From positions 1 to 12,869 of the forward strand of contig JAYGFR010000161.1 in the NCBI GenBank assembly GCA_046581755.1: a stretch of 12,869 nucleotides of DNA, written 5' to 3'. This DNA is from Nitrospinota bacterium (GTDB lineage Bacteria; UBA8248). The translations under genes were made by a program, and so were the position numbers. The notes beneath the pieces were generated by a model. The model saw only the letters and a list, made by a program, of their open reading frames with translations. It had not been told where the DNA came from and did no database searches. Below, in pieces: positions 7,514 to 12,869 of this stretch (position 1 is its first letter; the number at the start of each line of letters is the position of its first letter).

Positions 7514-8533
7514 TCAGCGCGAGCAGCGCTTCTGGCGTTTTTCCTCGTACATTTTGAAGTCGGCCTCGTCGATTAGAATCTCGAGGGAGGGGGATTTGAC
7601 GGGATCGAAGCTGGCCACGCCGATGCTGAAGGAAATCTTCCGGTCGACCCGCTTGCGGGCATTGTGCTCTTCGAGGTTTTTTCTGAGACGCGAGGCGATC
7701 TTGATGCTGGAGTCGCTTCTTTCGGTACCCTCAAAAGCCAGGACCGTGAATTCGTCTCCGGCAAACCGGCCGATGATGTCCGGGCCACGAACCGTTTTCC
7801 GGAGAATCGTGGCGGTTTCGATCAGAGCCTGATCGCCTTCCAGATGGCCGAATTCATCGTTGATCCATTTCAACCCGTCGAGATCGAGGAAGAAAAGCGT
7901 CATTCCCCAGTTCTGGCGCTGGGCCAGGTTGAGCTGCCGTTTGGCCGCTTCGAGAAAACCCCTGCGGTTGAGCAAGCCCGTCAAGGGGTCCACGTCCGAT
8001 AGGGCGCGAAGCTGCGCTTCCAGGCTGGCGCGCTCGGTGACGTCGCGGAGGGAGACGATGAAAAATTTCTCCTGCCCCATTTTCGTTTCCCTCGCGCGGA
8101 TCTCGGCCACCGTCTCCTTGTGATCTTCTCCGGAGATTCTCACATCCTGGGACCGGTGGGTGTCCACCGGCAGGCCGAACTTTTGGCCGACCATGTTTCC
8201 CGCCGTATCCTTGAGAAGATCCTCGGCGATTGCGTTGACGTACCGGATAATCCCCTTCCGATCGACGGCGACGATGCCATCCGGGGAATGGTCCAAGATC
8301 ACATCCATGAGACTGCCATTTTCGGATCCGGCGTCTCGGGGGGAGGATTTTTTCATCGTGCGCTTCGCCGGCGGATTCCTGCTCTTGGGCAATTTCTTGC
8401 TCTTGGGCGATTTCTTGCTCTTGGCACCGCTTTTACTTCTTGCGGCGCTCTTTTTCGCGCCCGCTTTTTTAGCGGATTTCTTCTTCTTCACCGCGGATTT
8501 TTTTTTCGATGCCACCCGAGTCATACCCTTCAT
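7514..8533 (-). CDS. PAS-domain diguanylate cyclase (AGDEF variant) with Lys-rich N-terminal tail
   Basis: PAS-like ILDHSPDGIVAVDRKGIIRYVN...RDVTER, then DPLTGLLNRR, FLDLDGLKWINDEFGHLEGD, RGPD I-site, RFAGDEF, SIGVA and ADFKMYEEK. The start could be 8533 or 8524. Confidence 0.93.
   Translation of the reverse strand: MKGMTRVASKKKSAVKKKKSAKKAGAKKSAARSKSGAKSKKSPKSKKLPKSRNPPAKRTMKKSSPRDAGSENGSLMDVILDHSPDGIVAVDRKGIIRYVNAIAEDLLKDTAGNMVGQKFGLPVDTHRSQDVRISGEDHKETVAEIRARETKMGQEKFFIVSLRDVTERASLEAQLRALSDVDPLTGLLNRRGFLEAAKRQLNLAQRQNWGMTLFFLDLDGLKWINDEFGHLEGDQALIETATILRKTVRGPDIIGRFAGDEFTVLAFEGTERSDSSIKIASRLRKNLEEHNARKRVDRKISFSIGVASFDPVKSPSLEILIDEADFKMYEEKRQKRCSR
8381..8424. repeat. 18-bp in-frame tandem repeat encoding KSKK(S/L)P
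   Basis: gctcttgggcaatttctt (8381-8398), gctcttgggcgatttctt (8399-8416), and partial gctcttgg (8417-8424). Confidence 0.85.
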
Positions 8534-8748
8534 TTCCCAAATAAAATTCGTTCCGCCCGGCCATCACCTCCGGGCCAAGCCCAATTCACCGCCCTTGTTC
8601 CGAGCGGCAGCATTCGAACCCAAATCTAGCAGGCAGAGGAGAAATTTTTCCTGCAAGCGGCGGGCATGGTTCTCCGAAATTCATTATTTGCATTGTGGAT
8701 AGTATCTCAAAGTGCCGAATCACAAAATTCCCGGCCCGATTTCTCCCT

Positions 8749-8776
8749 ACTATACATTTTAGAGCGATATAATCAA
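8749..8776 (-). promoter_or_regulatory. candidate sigma70-type promoter for the diguanylate cyclase
   Basis: Minus strand TTGATT (8771-8776), 16 bp, TATAGT (8749-8754), in an AT-rich patch; implies a 5' UTR of about 200 nt. Confidence 0.35.
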
Positions 8777-8879
8777 TACCTTAAAGCAATTCCTCCCGGC
8801 TGCCCCCGGCTTCCGCATCTTTCCCTGAGAGGGTAAACGCCGTTTCCCGGCCCGGTTCCGCTCCCCGGGCCGCAACTTC

Positions 8880-9629
8880 TCAATCCACACCCCCCGCCAA
8901 AAATTTGGATTCCAAAAAAGCGGGGATCTTGCCAATCGAAGAAAGCACCGCCGGAGCGCCCTCCTCGCGCAGCCTTTCCGCGGAATGGGTCCCGCTCGAC
9001 ACCGCGACCGTCACGGCGCCCGCGGCCAGGCCCTCCCGCACATCGGCGGGCGTATCGCCCACCTTGAGAACCCGGCCATAATCGAAATCCGGCGAGAGAC
9101 GGCTCCTGTTCACATCCTCGTTCAGCATCCCGAATCTCACGAGCGCATCGTTGATCATCTCGGGTCCGGGCCTTCCTCCCCCCGCCCGCTCGGCCGTGGT
9201 GACATAATCGGCGAGGCCGGCGCTGTCCAGGCCCGCCGCGCGCGCCATCGCCGCCGCGATCTCCTGGGGAAGCCCGCTCGCCAGGGAAACCAAAATCCCG
9301 CGCCCCTTGAGCCAGCCGATGGCCTCCCGCGCGCCGTCGGCGGGGCGCACCTCATCCAGCAATTCGAGGCAACATTTCCCGAAACGATCCAGGAGGCGCG
9401 CCCCTTCGCTATCGAGCGCGCCGCCCTTCAACCCTTTTCGCGCGGCCAGCACATCGCGGACCACCTGTCCCTTGTCGAGCCCCCGGAACTCGTTCAACTC
9501 CCCGGGACTCAACTCGATTCCCTCCGGCGCGAACGTCCGGGAATACGCCGACAGGACAAAGGGCCGTCCCCCGATTTCATCGGCAATCGTGGTTCCCGCC
9601 ATATCCAGTACAGCGGCCTTGATTTTCAA
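8880..9629 (-). CDS. HAD-superfamily hydrolase, phosphonatase-like (PhnX-like)
   Basis: Motif I DMAGTT (DxA as in phosphonatases), motif II LASG, motif III GGRPGP, motif IV KVGDTPAD, and SGTH. TTG at 9629 with GGAGG 8 nt upstream is preferred over ATG 9656. Confidence 0.88.
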   Translation of the reverse strand: MKIKAAVLDMAGTTIADEIGGRPFVLSAYSRTFAPEGIELSPGELNEFRGLDKGQVVRDVLAARKGLKGGALDSEGARLLDRFGKCCLELLDEVRPADGAREAIGWLKGRGILVSLASGLPQEIAAAMARAAGLDSAGLADYVTTAERAGGGRPGPEMINDALVRFGMLNEDVNRSRLSPDFDYGRVLKVGDTPADVREGLAAGAVTVAVSSGTHSAERLREEGAPAVLSSIGKIPAFLESKFLAGGVD

Positions 9630-9657
9630 GGAACGATCCTCCCATCCGCGTTTCATG

Positions 9658-9704
9658 TTGACACTCTTCCATCGATTCTACTCTCGCCCTCCGGCCAGGT
9701 GGAA
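9658..9704. promoter_or_regulatory. overlapping divergent promoter candidates (HAD / methionine synthase-like)
   Basis: Plus strand: TTGACA (9658-9663) and TACTCT (9679-9684), with a short 15-bp spacer. Minus strand: TAGAAT (9675-9680) with a weak -35. Confidence 0.3.
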
Positions 9705-9802
9705 GAAAAAACGGATATTCCTCTTTTCGAAATTTTTTCATGAACGCCTTGCGGCCCGGCCCGGCGGATCGTTTAATGGCGGTCCCGAAGGAGGCGGGTC
9801 CC

Positions 9803-10855
9803 ATGGAAAAAGCGTTTGTCACCACCATCATCGGCAGCATGCCCAAGCCCCCGTGGCTCCTGGCCCAAAAAGCCTTGAACGACCCCCAGGCGGACCATCA
9901 CGGCAAGGGGGCCGAATGGCTCCCGCCTCCGGCGGCGCTGCGCCAGGCCCAGGACGACGCCTGCCGGGTGGCCATCCACGATCAAGAGCGCGCCGGGATC
10001 GACATCATCAGCGACGGCGAACAGCGGAGAAAATCCTACCTCACCCACATCACGATGCAGCTCGATGGCATCGACTACGAGAAAACGGTCGCGAAGCTGG
10101 CCCGGAACGGGAGGCGCACCATCCAGGCGGGGCGCATCGTCGGCCCCATCCGCAGGAGAGGCTCTATCCTCCGGGAGGATTTACGCTTCCTGATGGCCGA
10201 GGCCAGCGGCCCCGTGAAGGTGACCCTCCCGGGGCCCATGACGGTCTGGGACACCCTGGCCGACGAATTTTACGGTGATGAGCGCGCCCTCGCCCTCGAC
10301 TTCGCGGCGGCCATCAACGAGGAGGCCCGCGAGATCGACGCGCTCGGCCCCGCGGTCATCCAGTTCGACGAGCCGGTCTTCAGCCGCTACCCCGAACGGA
10401 TGGCCGAATGGGGGATCGAGGCGCTCGACCGCTGCCTCGAAGGCCTCGCCGCCGCCACCGCCGTCCACGTTTGCTACAGCTACCCGATGCCCGGAGTTCC
10501 CCGGCCCATCCAGGACAGCTACCCCGTCATTCTCAAGGAACTCGAGCGCTCCAAGGCCGACCAGCTGGCCCTCGAGTTCGAGGCATCCCGGCTCGACCCG
10601 GCCCTGCTCCGCCTTTGCCCCTCGAAGACGATCCTCTTCGGCTGCATCGACAACGGAATCGAAGAGCCCGAAACCCCCGGGCATGTGGCCTCCAAGCTCC
10701 TGGCCGCCGCCGAGTATCACCCGCCCGAAAAGATTCAGGCGGCCCCCGACTGCGGCCTCGTCCCTCTCAGCCAGAAGGCCGCGCGGGCCAAGCTCGCCGC
10801 CATGGCCGAGGGCGCGCGAATCGCCCGCGAGCGCATCGGCGCCCCCGCTGAATAG
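9803..10855 (+). CDS. cobalamin-independent methionine synthase II family protein (catalytic domain only, 'core' Mes/MesD-like)
   Basis: TTIIGSMPKPPWL, QERAGIDIISDGEQRR, LPGPMT, IQFDEP; Zn ligands HVC, E (LALEF) and PDCGL. About 350 aa, with no N-terminal MetE half. ATG 9803 has AGGAGG upstream. Confidence 0.92.
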   Translation: MEKAFVTTIIGSMPKPPWLLAQKALNDPQADHHGKGAEWLPPPAALRQAQDDACRVAIHDQERAGIDIISDGEQRRKSYLTHITMQLDGIDYEKTVAKLARNGRRTIQAGRIVGPIRRRGSILREDLRFLMAEASGPVKVTLPGPMTVWDTLADEFYGDERALALDFAAAINEEAREIDALGPAVIQFDEPVFSRYPERMAEWGIEALDRCLEGLAAATAVHVCYSYPMPGVPRPIQDSYPVILKELERSKADQLALEFEASRLDPALLRLCPSKTILFGCIDNGIEEPETPGHVASKLLAAAEYHPPEKIQAAPDCGLVPLSQKAARAKLAAMAEGARIARERIGAPAE

Positions 10856-10902
10856 CCCGGGCGCTGGCCTCGGAAATCCTCCTCCTCCGAAAAATCCCCT
10901 CC

Positions 10903-10949
10903 TTGCCCGGCTTTTATATCGCCGGTACCCTATCGGTGAATGTATTCAC
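10903..10949 (+). promoter_or_regulatory. candidate promoter plus palindromic operator
   Basis: TTGCCC (10903-10908), 17 bp, TACCCT (10926-10931), followed by the perfect palindrome GTGAAT-gt-ATTCAC (10936-10949). Confidence 0.4.
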
Positions 10950-10980
10950 GTCATTTCGTTTCGTGAATTGGGGGCCAATC

Positions 10981-11896
10981 ATGCCGCGCGCGCCGATTCG
11001 GATTCTTATCGTCGGGCTGGTTCTCGCCCTCTCCTGGATTCAAGCTCCTTTCGCCACCTCGGCGCAGCGGCGGGTGGCGATTCTGGATTTCCGGAACGTT
11101 ACCCAAGACAAGGAATTCTCCTGCCTCTCGGTCGCCGTCCCCAAATCCCTGACGACCAAGCTCAATGCCGTCCGCTCGATCAGCCTCATCGAGCGCACCC
11201 AGATCGACAAGATTTTCAAGGAGCAGGAGTTCGCGGTCCCGGACTTCGCCGACCCTAAAAAAGCCCTCAAGCTGGGCCGCCTCGCCCGGGGCCCAGGTCG
11301 TCCTCATCGGTAGCTTCACCCGCTTCCGCAGCCGCATCCTCTTCAACCTCCGCTTCGTGGACGCCGAGACCGGCGCGGTCCTCCACACCGCCCAGTCGCG
11401 CGGGGCGACGGAGGACGCCGACAAGCTCTTCGACAGCCTGAATTTTCTCGCCGACGCCGCCATCGAGGCGCTGAACAAGCGCGTTGTTGTTCTCAGGGGT
11501 AAAATACGGGTGGCCAGGGCGGCCCCGGCCGAGCGGATCACCCCCACTCCGAGAGAAAGAGAAAGGCTCCACAGAGCTCCCGCCGCGAGCCTCACCGCGT
11601 TCGCGCTCTACGGAAAGGGCCTTGAGGCCCAAAAACAGTTCCGGTGGGACGAGGCGATCCGCCTCTTCCGCCGGGCGCTGGAAAAAGACCCGGATTACGC
11701 GGCCGCATTGAATGGGCTCGGGATCGTTCTGATGGACAAAGGCCGGTGGGGCGAGGCGCTCCGGAGCTACAAGCGCGCCTTGGCGCATTTGTGGAGGGTT
11801 TCTCTCAGGGGGGGCCAAAAACGGGGTGTGCGAATCTGCGCGGCCCTCGGCGCATTTGCCCGAAAATTCTCCCGGGCGGGCCAAAAACGGGGATGA
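10981..11896 (+). pseudogene. frameshifted and 3'-truncated exported protein: signal peptide + CsgG/FlgO/TolB-N-like domain + TPR repeats
   Basis: Frame 1 from ATG 10981 gives a signal peptide, VAILDFRN, LIERTQIDKIFKEQ and ALKLGRLA. After one extra C at 11285-11287 the domain continues GAQVVLIGSF...LRFVDAETG, then TPRs (AIRLFRRALEKDPDYAAALNGLGIVLMDKGRWGEALRSYKRALA). Protein-like sequence ends near 11786, where the 67-bp repeat begins. Confidence 0.8.
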
Positions 11897-11925
11897 ACGC
11901 AAATGGGCGAGCCTTGGCGCATTTG
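11777..11925. repeat. degenerate 67-bp tandem repeat (about 2.2 units)
   Basis: (g/c)cct(t/c)ggcgcatttg at 11777, 11844 and 11911 (period 67), alternating with gggccaaaaacgggg at 11812 and 11878. Confidence 0.9.
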
Positions 11926-11992
11926 GCCGAAATTCATGGCGGGTTGGGCGGGAGCGTTTCGAAATATTCGCGGTAGGGGGGACTGCGAAGGG

Positions 11993-12869
11993 CTAGGCGC
12001 CGATGGCGCCCCGGGCGGCGGGGGCCTCCTCGGCATCGGCGGCCCCGATCGAGTGGAGATAAACGCGCACCTCATCCTCCATCGCCGCGGCCCGGCTGTC
12101 CTCTCCGGCCCGCCTTAAATATCCCGCGAGGCGGCGGCGCCCGCGCGCCAAGGCCGGCGTCATTTCCATCTCCTCGATTCGGGAAAGGGCCGCTTCATAG
12201 TCCCCGATCCGGTCCTCGAGCTCGCCCTCATCCGCTGCCTCGCATTCGATCCGGGCCTCCATCTCGAAAAGCTGCGCCCCCACTAACCCTCCCCCCGATT
12301 TTTCCGCGTGTCCGATTCCGGTGCGGCAGGATTCCAGCGCCTCGTCAGGGCGGCCCAGCGTCGAAAGCGCTTCGGCCCGGAACAGATAATCGAGCGCCAG
12401 GAAAAGTTTTTGCCCAATTTCGAACCGCTTTTCGATGGCGCTTTCGATCAAGCCAAACCCCTTTTGGGGATCGGCGAGGCGGATATACGCCATCCCCAGG
12501 TAACTCGCGAGGGCGGCCTCCGCATGGGGAAACTGGATGCCCGCCAATTCCTCCCGGATGGTTTCGAGGTGTTCCATCATGCGGTTCCACTGGCCGAGGG
12601 TTTCAAAAAGAAATACCTTGAAGAATTGTGTGCTTCCCCGAAGACCCATCACAGGCTCTCTTTCGGCAATCCCCTCGGAGCAGCGGAACATTTCTTCCGA
12701 CCGGGCGATATCGCCGCGCAGGGCGTTCGAAATTCCCAGCCCGCCCATGAGCTCCGCCGCGACGTGGATCAAATCGGGGGTATCGGAATCACTCCCCGCC
12801 AGATGCTCCTCGTAGATGGAAATCGCCTCCTCGGCCTCCTCGATCGACTCGGCAAGCCTTCCCATCACC
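11993..12869 (-). CDS. C-terminal TPR-like helical region of a larger protein (partial; resembles the tail of cyclase/AAA-ATPase-TPR signalling proteins)
   Basis: Frame is open to the window edge. Helical TPR-like repeats (LGMAYIRLADPQKG, RAEALSTLGRPDEALE, ALSRIEEMEMTPALAR). The N-terminal domains lie outside the window, so the family is inferred. Confidence 0.75.
   Translation of the reverse strand, partial: VMGRLAESIEEAEEAISIYEEHLAGSDSDTPDLIHVAAELMGGLGISNALRGDIARSEEMFRCSEGIAEREPVMGLRGSTQFFKVFLFETLGQWNRMMEHLETIREELAGIQFPHAEAALASYLGMAYIRLADPQKGFGLIESAIEKRFEIGQKLFLALDYLFRAEALSTLGRPDEALESCRTGIGHAEKSGGGLVGAQLFEMEARIECEAADEGELEDRIGDYEAALSRIEEMEMTPALARGRRRLAGYLRRAGEDSRAAAMEDEVRVYLHSIGAADAEEAPAARGAIGA

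Noticed and set aside
8534..8750. c-di-GMP riboswitch in the long DGC leader; also a SAM or cobalamin riboswitch before the Mes-like gene (9685-9802)
   Set aside because: No recognisable conserved riboswitch cores by eye; an Infernal/Rfam scan would be needed to exclude them formally.
9803..10855. metE gene symbol
   Set aside because: It is about half the length of MetE and lacks the N-terminal folate-binding half, so folate-dependent activity cannot be assumed.
11777..11925. CRISPR array (67-bp period, palindromic repeat)
   Set aside because: The conserved box is only 15 nt, the 'spacers' share an identical 15-nt block, there are only three boxes, and no cas genes or AT-rich leader are present.

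Overview
High-GC bacterial chromosomal window of mostly metabolic and signalling genes. On the minus strand are a single-domain response regulator, a two-subunit 2-oxoacid:ferredoxin oxidoreductase (korAB-type, with an extra C-terminal domain on the alpha subunit), a MerA/Lpd-like flavoprotein disulfide reductase, an aldo/keto reductase, a PAS-GGDEF diguanylate cyclase with a histone-like Lys-rich N-terminus, a phosphonatase-like HAD hydrolase, and the C-terminal part of a large TPR protein. On the plus strand are a 'core' (catalytic-domain-only) cobalamin-independent methionine synthase-family gene and a frameshifted, truncated CsgG/FlgO-like + TPR gene. Two non-coding structures are the most unusual. 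(1) At 1-1237 a modular repeat consists of a 58-bp element present twice, an orphan 3' fragment resembling a large PFOR-type gene, and a duplicated terminator, with the response regulator between the copies; this looks like tandem att-site remnants or a cassette array that continues past the left edge. (2) A degenerate, palindromic 67-bp tandem repeat at 11777-11925 begins where the TPR gene is cut off. No integrase, transposase, cas gene, rRNA or tRNA is visible. All family calls come from motif recognition, not database searches.
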